A stretch of DNA of 63,962 bases, the filler included, from Chrysochromulina tobinii (lineage: Eukaryota): NCBI GenBank assembly GCA_001275005.1. It is 6 parts of 6 records of this genome, joined end to end, with 100 filler letters (N's around TTAATTAATTAA, not from the genome) between each part and the next. Parts side by side here need not be neighbours in the genome. Positions count along the whole stretch, not along the records: positions 32,283 to 40,691 come from JWZX01001117.1; positions 40,792 to 54,098 come from JWZX01001118.1; 4 more parts are not named here. One strand, written 5' to 3'. Of this stretch, positions 33,990-45,400 are shown one piece after another. Position numbers and translations under genes: made by a program. The notes under the pieces are model-generated. The model did no database searches. It was not told the origin of the DNA and was given only the letters and a program-made list of their open reading frames with translations. The first letter of the stretch is position 1, and each line of letters opens with the position of its first letter.

Positions 33990-35153
33990 ACGCAAGAGGG
34001 CGGTAGGGTCGTTTTCGTCGGTACGCTGACTAAGGACAGCACCTATACCACAGCTCGAAGCAGCGTCAACGTCGATGTAGAAGGGTTTGCTGGAGTCCGG
34101 ACGTGCAAGTGCGACGACGTTAGCGAGGGCGTGCTGAGTATACGCAAAAGAGGCTTTGAACGCGAGTGAACTCATGATCTTCTCGACATCAGCATTCTTT
34201 TGTTTGAGCTTGTCGAATTGTTCGAGTGCAGGGCCGAGATTCGGGATGAACTTTCGATAAAACCCGAGCATGCCGCTATAACGATGGGCGGCTGCTGCAT
34301 CGAAGCCAAGGTCTTCACACTTAATACTCAGGATAGGAGCTGTCTTGTTTTCCAGTGGTCGAGTACCATGTTGGCCGACTTTGAATCCCAGATAAGGGAC
34401 CTCAGTGTAACCAATGTAGCACTTGTCGCAGCGAACAGCAAAGCCAGCCTCGATGAAGCGTTCAAACACACGTTGGACGTCGCGCATGTGCTCCTCGTAC
34501 GTACCACAAGTAGGGATAATGACGTCGTCCACGTACGCGATGGCGATGTGGGGCGGGAGACCACGCAAGGTTGCGTCCACAATGCGCATGAAGGTACCTG
34601 GTGACGACGTGAGACCCATAGGCATACGAGCAAACTGGAACTGACCATACTTAGTGGTGAAGGCTGTCTTGTGTTTGCTATCATCATCGACCTCGATCTG
34701 ATGGAAACCCTGAAGAAGATCGAGAGTAGTGAACCAGTTGGCCTTGCCGAGTGCAGCGAGGTTCCCTTCAAGATTAGGGAGCGGATACGTATCCTTGTCA
34801 GTGTACTTGTTGAGATCGCGGAAATCCAGGACAACACGAAAAGTGCCGTCGGGCTTACGGATGAGCTGAGGCGCGGAACTGAAGCGACTGCGAGCCGGTT
34901 CAATAATCCGTTCCTTGGCCAACTTGTCCAGTGTCTTCTTCAGTGCCGCATCCTCTTCAGTACTCTGATTACGCGGTTGTCGATTCGGCGGAGGAGCTTC
35001 ACCCGAGTCGATTTGACTCGTAGGGATAACACACTTATATCCATGAGCATACCCAAGCTTCTCCTGAAACAGGCGCCTCACCTTGCTGATCATTGACTCA
35101 GTAGCCTTGACATCAGCCGCCGAGAGCGCCGGGTTGATATTCACTTTCTTCAT
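33990..35153 (-). pseudogene. Ty3/gypsy reverse transcriptase plus truncated RNase H
   Basis: RVVLDFRDLNK, YPLP, LDLLQGFHQI, KTAF, MPMGL, AYVDD, YLGF, GFYRKFIP, then RNase H start FYIDVDAASSCGIGAVLSQ, which breaks off. No integrase. Confidence 0.88.
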
Positions 35154-36532
35154 AATCTCTTCGGTGGTGCATCATAGCCGTCAACGCGACCGATCAGTCC
35201 ATTGAGCGCCACGTTTTCGAGACCGTGGAGCGTAGCAGCCCCAGATCGAGAGACCGTTAATGAGGTTTTGAGACACTCGTCATATGCATTAACGATATCG
35301 ACAGTCTTGAGTTCGCCCTCGCATAGGACGGCTGAGATGAAAGCCTGATTATCGACGTTGGAAGATGTGAGATGCAGGCGATTGCGGAGGTCGTGAAGGC
35401 CAGGCGTATCGAAAAGTCGGGCGCCCCTCCGCTTCTCCTCCCGTCGGAATTCCCGCTCCAACGCCTCACACGTCGCCTCGTCGAACTCATCGTCCGAGGG
35501 TGCGCCATCGGGTGCAAGGAGAGGTGAGGGCGAGCGTAGGGGCGTCGCAGTTGGATGGGGAGCACGATCGGATATGGCGGCATAGAAGCGATGCCAGTCT
35601 CGTGTGAAGGTTGGAAAGCGCGGAGAATCAGAGACGAGAGATGAACACAAAGTCGGAGGACAGCCGGTATAAGGCGTCAAAGACCAGCAGACTACAGAAG
35701 CGGGCTTCGACACTCGCGGGCGCCACTGGAGCGGGTCCACATTCCTCCGAAGTTTGAAGAAATAGTACTCGAGTTCAGGCTCCGTCAGTGAAGATGTGTT
35801 CGGGACATGAGGGAGAAGTCGGGTACCGTATTCACGTGCAGGAGTCGCGTAGCCTGTGAAGTACTTGACATGTTCTACTTCGAACCATACGCACGGACTA
35901 GAAGAAGAGAAACGGCAGCAGAGAAGCATACCGGGCCGAACCCATGAATAAGCGCCTGTATTGAAGCGTGATTCAATAGTCTTGGACAGAGAGAGCACGT
36001 CGTGGAAGACATCGAGTGCGAACCATAACTGAATCCAAGGGCGGAGAGATGTCGAGCGAGGCAACATGGCAGGCTGGACAACTAACGTGGTCACGTCGGA
36101 CACTGATACGCCAAGCATGTGGGGTACAAAGCAAGACGGTTGCAGATAGCTCTGTAAGACCCCACTCGCAACAGCATAGACACTTGCAGGGGTGAGACAT
36201 TGGTCTTCGGCGAGAAGGCTGAGTGCAGACACTGGAAGGGTATCAAGCGGTACGCGCCAGAGACACGCGGTGACCTCGAGATGCCCGCCACCCGAAGCAA
36301 AGGAAACGTCGTACACGATAACCTGGGGGACGTCACGCTGAAGCGTGGAGGTGATGGCGAAAAGGAATGAGCCATCGCTGCAGTTAGCGTCCGTTCCAAT
36401 GTGTCGGGCACAGGCTTCCGCGTGTGGGAGGGAGTAAGGCGTGAACGGCTCTCCCATTTTAGGGCGCTGGACGTGCCGAATGCACGCGAAGGGTCGAACA
36501 GTAGCAACGGTATCGGCGATGCACATGAACAT
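35150..36532 (-). pseudogene. Retrotransposon polyprotein segment upstream of the RT, with an ASCH/PUA-like domain (about 35750-36040)
   Basis: FHDVLSLSKTIESRF...VRPGMLL...VWFEVEHVKYF...YGTRLLP resembles the ASCH KxxExR pattern. Out of frame with the RT. Confidence 0.55.
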
Positions 36533-37443
36533 GCCATTCGTATGCGGGACGACGACTCCTGGTGTTCGCCCTGTACGTCATCCGCCCGCCGTGTGTGTCG
36601 TCAGTCAGGAGGCTGTGGATGCCGTTGGCCAAGATGCACCACGACTCGTCTGCTGGACTGGTAAGGACATCTCTTTCCCATCTACTGTGGCGCTATGAGT
36701 TCAAAATTACCCTCACTGGCCGTCGTGTCAAAGCAGCGTGCAATTCAGCACGCATGGCGTCTGCTGTTGCTGCCACTGCATCGGGTGGTCTTCTTCACCT
36801 TGCTTCGTTTCATACGTCTGCGGATCATTCAACAGGTTACGTATCTCTCCATCCTCGCAAGAGCTTCACCCCTCGAAGAGGCCGATGATGGCATACGAGA
36901 GTCGAGACCGTAAAGCGGGACAGATTGGTTCGCAAAATCACGACCAGCGGCGCCGGTGACACCTCCAGGGGATGTACGCGGTGAAGGCTGGACCATGTGT
37001 GGTTGGGTCTGAGTCGTAGTAGTAGTAGTAACAGACTGAAGCGTCGAGTGCCTCGCCAGATATCGCCATGCAGAATCCAACTTACGCACCTCGCCCTGCG
37101 ATTTGGAAATTGAAAGACAAAATACAGATTCCAAATTCCGAGACAGCAGTTTCTGTTTACGCTCCTGTACTCTGACTTCATCGAAAATACATTCTTAGGA
37201 AGCGGGTGGAACACATTTTTCGAATTCCTGCATTTGTACACACATTCCCGGCGGCAGTTTCGATTTGCGACAAAATGGAGGCTGCCGAGGCGGACACGCA
37301 CCAGCACGGCACGCAGCCTCACAACGCGAGTCACAATCCATCCGAGGATCATTGGTCTATCGTTCTCAAAAAGCTCGGTGCGTATTCCGATGCGAGTGCT
37401 GATGCTGCATCTGATGCACCCGTGTGCGTAAACATCCATCCGC

Positions 37444-39873
37444 ATGACCGTATCCTCCGCACAACGTCACATTCCTCTTGCAGCGCCTGCTGGCTACCAC
37501 AAAGCTCCACAGTGGCAGCAGGAGCTTATCAGCAAGGTTGTCAAGCAGATGAATCGCCGGCAAAAGTATGGCACGCCGGGAGGCGGCATGTCCAAGGAGC
37601 AGCTTCAGCGCACCATCGACCTGTCGGCGCTTGGCGTCTCCCCAGAGGTGGCAGAGACCTTCCGACTCGAAGAGCAACGCGTGGCGAAAGCGATGCGTGA
37701 ACTGCCCGGCCCAGGCGGTACCGGAGCCCCTGGTACCAAGGATGGAGCCTCTTCCGTCGCCGCCGACTCGCTTTCTGTGGTTGAGAAGCAACTTTCGGAC
37801 AGGTCGAACCAGGTGCACTATTACATTCGCGCCATCCAAATGGAGTCACTGCTCGAGCAAGACCTGGAGGCTGACCTGAAAGCGATGCGAGACGAGGTAG
37901 GTTCCGCTGTCAAGGACGAGAAATTCGGCCAGTCCAAGGCAGCAAGCGTTCGGCTCCGCCTTGAGCGTCAGTTGGGCATCATCAAGAAGCGCTGCGACGC
38001 GGTGCGTATCTGGGATCGCGCAACCGTTCACATGGCCGCCAATGCTTGCCCCTTCCTTCCTTTCCTCAAATCGACTGCCTCGTGTTGTATCGGCGGCCGT
38101 ACGCAGCTTACTGTCAAGGCTTCGGAGATCGGTTCCGACAACGGCAACGTGCGCCTTAACATCGACGACCTGCGCAAGGAGAAGATGTCTCACCGCGAGC
38201 AGCTCATGCGTATGAAGGCCAAAGCGGAGAAGATGGACACGGACATCGCCTTCCTCACACACCAAGCGCACGCGGCTCTCGACCAGCGCGAGAAAGTTCG
38301 CGGCAAGTTCCTCATGGCGCAACGCGACATGATGCAGGAACGCGAGCAGAAACTCGCGGTGATTGCCGAGCTCGTCACCCGTGCCAACGCCCTCGACGAC
38401 GACTGGGCAGAACGGCAGACGCAGATCGCCGACACCGAGGAGCAGCGTCGTCGGCGATCGTACGGGTCAGGCCGCGAACGGCGCGAGATGTACGAGTCGG
38501 CGGAGGTGCGCTTTGGCTTCCTCACCGCTCAGTCACGCGGCTGGGAATCGGAGTTTGAGCGCCTTCAGGCCTTTACAGGCATGGAAACCAAGTTCGATCC
38601 GCGCGAGAAGGAGGGCAAGCAGGTAGTCGAAGAGATCACCTCGAGGTGCGCCGCACGCACTCTGCCGACGTTAACAGACGGTCTGAAAACTGTGCGCTGA
38701 CCGTGGCTGCTTTTCTTGGCCAGGTATGCCGAGAAGGAGCGAGCAAACACGTCACTGCTGCGCTACCTGAACGAACAGCAGGCTGAGATCTCAGCGCTCG
38801 CCGAGCAGCACAAGGAGATGCAGGGGCGGCGCGAGGAGCTGCAAACGCTGCTCGGGCTGGTGCCGTCCGGCTACGGTGGCGGGCTCACGCCCGAGTCACT
38901 GTTGGCAGCGGCGTCGGAGGAGGACGCCCGCTGTGACCGCGTCGAAGCGCGGCTCGAGGGCGTGGCCATCCACGTGCATGCGGCATCCAAAACACTCTTT
39001 CGCGAAGGGCATCACCCCGCTGCGAGCGGGCTCGGGAGCTACTCCGAGACCAAGTGCACTATCAAGACCCTCGATCGGTGGCTCGCAGCGCTCGAGAATA
39101 AGCTCTTCGACGTGTATGCGATTTGTCAAGCGCTGTGCATGCCTGATGGCGAGGGGAACGCGGCCATGGAGCGCCCGCCGCTTGTCCTGAGCGATTGGTG
39201 CCAACGCGATAGGGTGCAGAAGGTGCCGAAGGTTACTGTGCCCGAGATCCACGACGCGCTGTGCCTGCAGGCTGCACAGCAGCGCCGCGGCGGCGAACTC
39301 GAAGACGACGAGGAGGAGATAGGCGATGATGCGAAAAAGGACCACTCGCCTTTCCAGCGCACCAAGGTCAACAAGGCGCAGGAGCGCCAGCGCATTATTG
39401 AGTGGGCGCGAAAGCGGCAACCACAGGCGCAGCCTCAAGTGCGTCAGGCCGTGGAGAGCGCTGCGGCGAGTGCAGGAGTGGGTACGGCGCCTGTGCGCAC
39501 GAGCGCCTCGGCCCCCACGTTGCGCCGGCTGCCTGCGGCGGAAAGCAACGGCGCCTCCAACGTGGGTGTGGGCGGGCTGTCAGTGGCAAATGGCGGCACG
39601 CTGCCGGTCATCGGCGAGGGCAAGGCGGAGCGGGCTGCGGCTTTCACCGCGCAGCACGGCTCGGCCCCACCCCTGCCTGCTGGCCCTGCGGGATTGAAGA
39701 GCAGCGGGAGCAGCGGCTGCGCGCAGCGGCTGCGCGCATCAGCGAGCGCATCGATGCCGGCGCCCACGTCGACCGTGCCAAAAGATCTGGGCACTGTCAT
39801 CTACCTGCTCGGCACGCAGAGCAACTCGATGAACGCGCGTCGCTTCCTCGATGGTCGCTCCGGCCAAAGCTGA
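37444..39873 (+). CDS. Coiled-coil protein, ODAD1/CCDC114/CCDC63 (outer dynein arm docking complex)-like
   Basis: NGNVRLNIDDLRKEK, FERLQAFTG and EKERANTSLLRYLNEQQAEISAL match the ODA-DC2 family pattern. GT-AG introns at 38002-38106 and 38646-38723 join the two ORFs in frame. Confidence 0.72.
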
Positions 39874-40691
39874 GGACGTCGCTGGCCAGGAGGACCCTCG
39901 GTTGCAGCCTGCGCTGGCATGAGTGGCGGCCTGATCGGCCGGAAAGACCTGAGCTGAATGAGTGGGGCAGACCTGAGCTGAATGGCATTGAGAGGGGGGC
40001 ATAATTGCCGCGGCGTGACAGCCGAACGCACTTCATCGTGTTCGCGGGCGCTTGAGTTTCATCGTATTCGCGGGCGCTTGAATTTTGGACCAGCGACCAG
40101 CGTCTACAGTTCAAGATGGTGACACTTAAAAATTGGGCTCTGGACGTAGGACGTCTGGAGGTTTTGGAGAACCTCTAGTTGACATAGCGGTTGTTCGAAC
40201 GCATTACAACGCCGGTCGCCGCATCGTACGCTGTCCCGCGTGAGACCGGGATGGTCTCACCCCTCTAAGTGAGGGTATACCCACCGCCCTGGCATGCATG
40301 CGGGTTTGTCGGAAGGTGTTTCCTAATTTGCGGTTTGACAGAAAGTGGTGTAAGAGCCCGCCGCGCTCGCCGCAGCATTCCCGAACCCTACCGTTCTCGG
40401 GTCGTTTCCACTGTAATGAAGGTCACTTTTGTGCCACAGGCTGTTTTCCCCCCGTGCTTCCGGATAGGGTCTCAGGACGCGAGCTCGGGTGCAGGCACTC
40501 GCGAGCGCGCCCGCGACGGGTGCGGCTGGTACCCGCTCTTGAAGCTGACATCGTGCTGCCGGGGTCGACCTCATCAAAAGTCGGCCTCAAGATCACCGTG
40601 GATGAGTTTCGAGCGGCAACCTGTGCTTGACCTGCTCGCCTCGCCGCGGCTTGACGACGCGCCTAAGCTCATCGCTCAGATGGAGGGAGAA

Positions 40692-40791
40692 NNNNNNNNN
40701 NNNNNNNNNNNNNNNNNNNNNNNNNNNNNNNNNNNTTAATTAATTAANNNNNNNNNNNNNNNNNNNNNNNNNNNNNNNNNNNNNNNNNNNN
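40692..40791. other. Artificial contig linker
   Basis: N44-TTAATTAATTAA-N44. Confidence 0.97.
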
Positions 40792-40952
40792 GGTCTGTCG
40801 AGATAAGATGTTGAGACCCAACCCTCGAACACATGTTCACATGAACGACCGCAAAGGCGCCGCAACGTGAAGGCACAACGCGGAGGAAGGGCTCGCTGAG
40901 GAGTTCTCGCACTCGCGCGTGGCCTACTCCTCCGTCGCATCGCTCGGAAGCC

Positions 40953-41757
40953 ATGGACGAAACCGAGACGGAGCACGTCGACGTGGCCGTGGTCAATGTG
41001 GAGCACCTGATGGCGTACGTAGACTCGCAGCGTGAGGAGGGCAACACCGCTTACAAGGCGAAACGGCACACGGAGGCGCTCGAGGCGTGGCAGCGCGGGC
41101 TTGACGCGCTTGCGCAGGCGGACGGCAAGCCGATGCGCGCGGTCGATGTGCCAATCGTGCAGCGCGCGACTGTGACGCTGCATAGCAATCGCGGCCAGGC
41201 GCTGCTCTCCATGCAGTTCTGGCGGCGCGCCATCCATGACCTCGACGAGGCACTCAAGATCGACGCGTGGAACGCCAAGGCGCTCTGGCGGCGGCACCAG
41301 TGCCACAAGGCGCTGAAGGCGTGGGCGGCTGCGGAGGCAGACCTTGAAGCACTCATCGCGCCGGAGCTGCAGCAGGACAGCGCCAAGATCCTGGCCGACG
41401 CGGGCCTCGGTGCGGAGCAACTCGCGGCAGAGCGCCAGATGTTGCGTGAGAAACGGCTTGAGGTGGATCGGGTGGCCGCGGAGACGTTCGAGGAGCGCGT
41501 GGAAGACGCGGCGGCCAAGGGCATTGAGCAGCTGCGCGTGCGCTTCGAGGAGATCATCAAGCGCAACGGCTTGCACGGCAATAAAGAGCTCTCTGCGGAA
41601 CTTGCGGACATGATGACGCGGCCCGGCGGCGTGAACGTGCAACTGCTGGCGAATGTGTACCAGATCGACGAGGAGGATGCGGAGGTGCTGGTGACGTGGG
41701 CGCAGAAGGCGTGCCAGATCCGTGACGAGATTGGGTACGACGGGATCGACGCGATAT

Positions 41758-41759
<2 letters not shown>
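40953..41759 (+). CDS. Tetratricopeptide-repeat protein (co-chaperone-type TPR)
   Basis: REEGNTAYKAKRHTEALEAW, LHSNRGQALL, ALKIDAWNAKALWRR (three TPRs). Confidence 0.85.

Positions 41760-41760
<1 letters not shown>

Positions 41761-41798
<38 letters not shown>
41761..41798. repeat. (GA)19 microsatellite
   Basis: Direct observation, just after the TPR stop codon. Confidence 0.95.
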
Positions 41799-41800
<2 letters not shown>

Positions 41801-42420
41801 GGTGCGTCAGGACTCAGAACGGAAGCGACACCGGCCGACCAGCCGGGGGCGAGGACCGACAGCCGTCAAAGCATTGACTTTCAACTCAAAAGATAGTCAC
41901 CATTTCCAACTCCTCTTGTCGTTATGCTCTCACACCATGTCTCACACCCACGAATGTGCCCGGATCCCGAGCTCTCGCAAGCGAGTGAAGAGTTCATAGC
42001 TCTGTGCGAGCGTCTCGTTCGGCCAGCCGTGCGCGCCCCACCCCTGGTGGATCATCGGCGACGTGTGAACCTCGTGCTCCCAGTAGAGCTCATCCACGCG
42101 AGATCGCACCTCCGAGTCCGCAAGCACTTGGTCGATGAGGACATTGTACTCGCGACGCGTGAAACAAGTTTTGCGGTGGATCGGGGGAGGCGGGGGAGCT
42201 CGCGCTTGCATGACAGCTAGCTCGCCCCAAACGTAAGTAAATCGTGATCATGCGTGCACTGCTGCTGTTCCTAAATCGTGTGAAGAGCACCTGTGTCACG
42301 TCGTAAAATGCCGTTCCGTTTTAGATTGCATGCAAACGACGATGTTGCACACCACCAGGGCCAAACGGTATTCCGCTTTCGACACGCTCAATTTCAAACC
42401 GCCCAACTCCACCTCAAGCT

Positions 42421-45400
42421 TTACACCAACCGTTGCAGCAGCCAAAACTGGACGGGCTCGCGACAGTACGGGCAAATCTTCATCTTGGCCGTGCAGCGCT
42501 CGCACGCGAGCTGATGGCCACACGGCACCGCAAGGTGCGACTTGGGCCCCACCATGCACACGATGCACGTGGTCTGGCCACCGATGGACGATTCGGGCGC
42601 CTCGTCGAGCACACGGCCGGTGATGTTGCCCACGTCGGCGAGCGTCAGATGCCTCTCCGCTGGCATCAAACCTGCAGCCAGTGCTGGGGCTGTTGGTGGC
42701 GCAGGGGCAGGAGGCGGCGGATGCACGGTAGTCGGGCCGCGCCCACCGCGCCCTCCACGCCCCCCTCGCCCCCCTCGCCCGCCGCGGCCAGCGTTCTCTG
42801 CCACGGCCAGAGCCGTCGCGCGCTCCACCTCAGCCCTCTCCGCCTCCTCCCTCTCCGCCTCCTCCCTCTCCGCCTCCGTCGCCGCAGCCGCCTCAGCCGC
42901 TGTAGCCGCGGCCGCCTCCGCTGCGGCTGCCACTGCTGCTGCGGTCGCCTCCACGTCCTCCTCAGCCTCAACGGCCTCCGATGCTGGTGCTGGTGCCGCC
43001 ATCGCCAATTCCTCTGCCGCAGGCTCCTCGATCTTCTCTTCTGCCACCAACTCCGCTTCCGTCGGCTCTGACTGCGACGCCGACAAGCCGATGCCCGCCT
43101 CGCCTGCGGCTGTGGTCGCCGCTCTACCCTTTTTCGCCTTCTTCTTCGCCTTCTTGGACGCCTTCGCGGCCTCCGCTTTGGCTCTCGCTTCCTCTTCAGC
43201 GATCAGGCGTGCCATCATCGCGTCAGCGCGGGCCTGTTCGTCCTCGCGTGAGAGGCTGCCTCGAGCGCCGCCAGCCACGACGGACGTGACACCTGCACTG
43301 GACGCTGCTGCCGCGCATGATGAGGCGATGTGCTGAGTCGCAGCTATGAATCCAAGTTGGCAGAGCGCCCAGGCATCGCCCTGGTCCGCAGCGAGCTTGA
43401 ACAGCTCTGCCGCCCGCTTATCATCTTGGGCCACACCGCGTCCCTCACGGTGCATGTCTCCAAGTGAGCACTGCGCCGGAGCATAGCCCTGGTCCGCAGC
43501 GAGCTGGAACAGCGCCGCAGCACGCTTATCATCTTGGGCCACACCGAGACCCTCACGGTGCATGCCTCCAAGTGCGCACTGCGCTGAGGCATCGCCCTGG
43601 TCCGCAGCGAGCTTGAACAGCGCCGCAGCACGCTTATCATCTTGGGCCACTCCGAGTCCCTCATGGTGCATGACTCCAAGTTCGTGCTGCGCTGCGGCAT
43701 CACCCTGGTCCGCAGCGAGCTGGAACAGCTCTGCGGCCCGCTTATCATCTTGGGCCACACCGCATCCGTCACGGTGCATGGCTCCAAGTGCGCCCTGCGC
43801 TGAGGCATTGCCCTGGTCCGCAGCGAGCTTGAACAGCGCCGCAGCCCGCTTGTCATCTTGGGCCACACCGCGTCCGTCACGGTGCATGAGTCCAAGTGAG
43901 CACTGCGCTGCGGCATAGCCCTGGTCCGCAGCGAGCTTGAACAGCGCCGCAGCCCGCTTGTCATCTTGGGCCACACCGCGTCCCTCATAGTGCATCATTC
44001 CAAGATAGCCCTGCGCCGCGGCATCGCCCTTGTCCGCAGCGAGCTGGAACAGCGCCACAGCCCGCTTATCATCTTGGGCCACACCGCGTCCGTCACGGTG
44101 CATGAGTCCAAGTGCGTACTGCGCCACGGCATCGCCCTTGTCCGCAGCGAGCTTGAACAGCGCCGCAGCCCGCTTATCATCTTGGGCCACACCGCGTCCG
44201 ACAAGGTACATGGCTCCAAGTCCGCACTGCGCCGCGGCATCGCCCTGATCCACAGCGAGACTGAACAGCTTCGCAGCCCTCTCCGCCTCCGCCCTCTCCG
44301 CCTCCACCCTCTCCGCCTCCTCCCTCTCAGCCTCTGCCCTCTCTGCCTGTGCCCTCTCTGCCTCCGCTCCTTGCCTAATTACCTCAGCCTCCGCCTGAGC
44401 CCTGGCTGCCCGCGTGGCCTCCGCCTTGGCGGCCTTGAGCGCCGCTACCCGTACCGCCGCCTTCTCGGCCTCCTTTGTCGCCTGCTCAGCCGCTGCGGCC
44501 GCGGTCGCCGCGGCCATCTCCGCGGCGGCCATCTCCGCGGCGGCCGCCTCCGCTACGGCCGCCGCTGCCGCCACTGTCGCCTCCACGACCTTCTCAGCCT
44601 CAATGACTTCCGATGCTGGCGCCGCTTCTGTGGATGCTGAGCCTGCGGCAGGAGGCGACTGTGTGACCTCTTGCAGCGACAGCCTCGACAGGCTGGCTTG
44701 CATCTCCATCTCCGCCGCGTGCTTGCGACGCAGCTTCTGGCTCGCCCTAGACCTCTTGCAGCGACTGTGTGACCTCTCCTGCTTGCGCTTCTTGTGCAAG
44801 CGCTCGTGCATCGCCATCGCCTCCGCCAAAACACCCTCGCTTGCGAGTGCTTGGTGTTCCTCGATTGCACCAATCAAGCCCTCGTACTGCGCAGCCGCCA
44901 TGGCCACACGCAGCGCAACGTCGGCGGCGGCAGAAGGAGCGGGACCCATGACGCCCTCGTCGCCAGCCGCCGCCAACACCTCGTTGTCCGCCTCAGCGAG
45001 GCCACTCGCGGCCGCTGATGCACTCGCTACCGGCGCTCTTGCCTCGCTCGCCCCTGCCTGCTCGGCCTCGATTTTCATGCTCGCTATCTTTTTCTGCGGC
45101 TGCTGCTTGTGTGCGCCCTCCGCCTCCTCCTCAGCCAGCAAAGCCGCAGCGGCAAGCTCGGCTGCCTGCTCAGACTGGGCGCGCGCCGCCTCAGCCTCGG
45201 CCTTGACGCGCCGCTCCTTTTCGCGAGCCTCCACCTCGAGAGCCTGCTGAACGCGCCGTCGCTCCTCACGCTCGCGTCGATTCACCTCGCGCGCCTGAGC
45301 TTGGCGCCGGATCTCGCGCACTTTCTTGATGCCCTCGACTGCCGACACGGCTTCCTCTTGCACTCGAACCTGCTCCTCGCTGAACTCGACGTGCTGAGTG

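Larger units (their letters stand above)
32283..37058. mobile_element. Degenerate, rearranged Ty3/gypsy LTR retrotransposon
   Basis: Direct repeats at 32283-32401 and 36938-37056 (8 mismatches in 119 nt; the right copy ends in CA at 37058) enclose a gypsy RT and other frameshifted ORFs. GC content is lower than in host genes. Confidence 0.82.

Noticed and set aside
40269..40691. ORF running into the contig end
   Set aside because: Too short and without motifs; it may be a gene start but cannot be supported.
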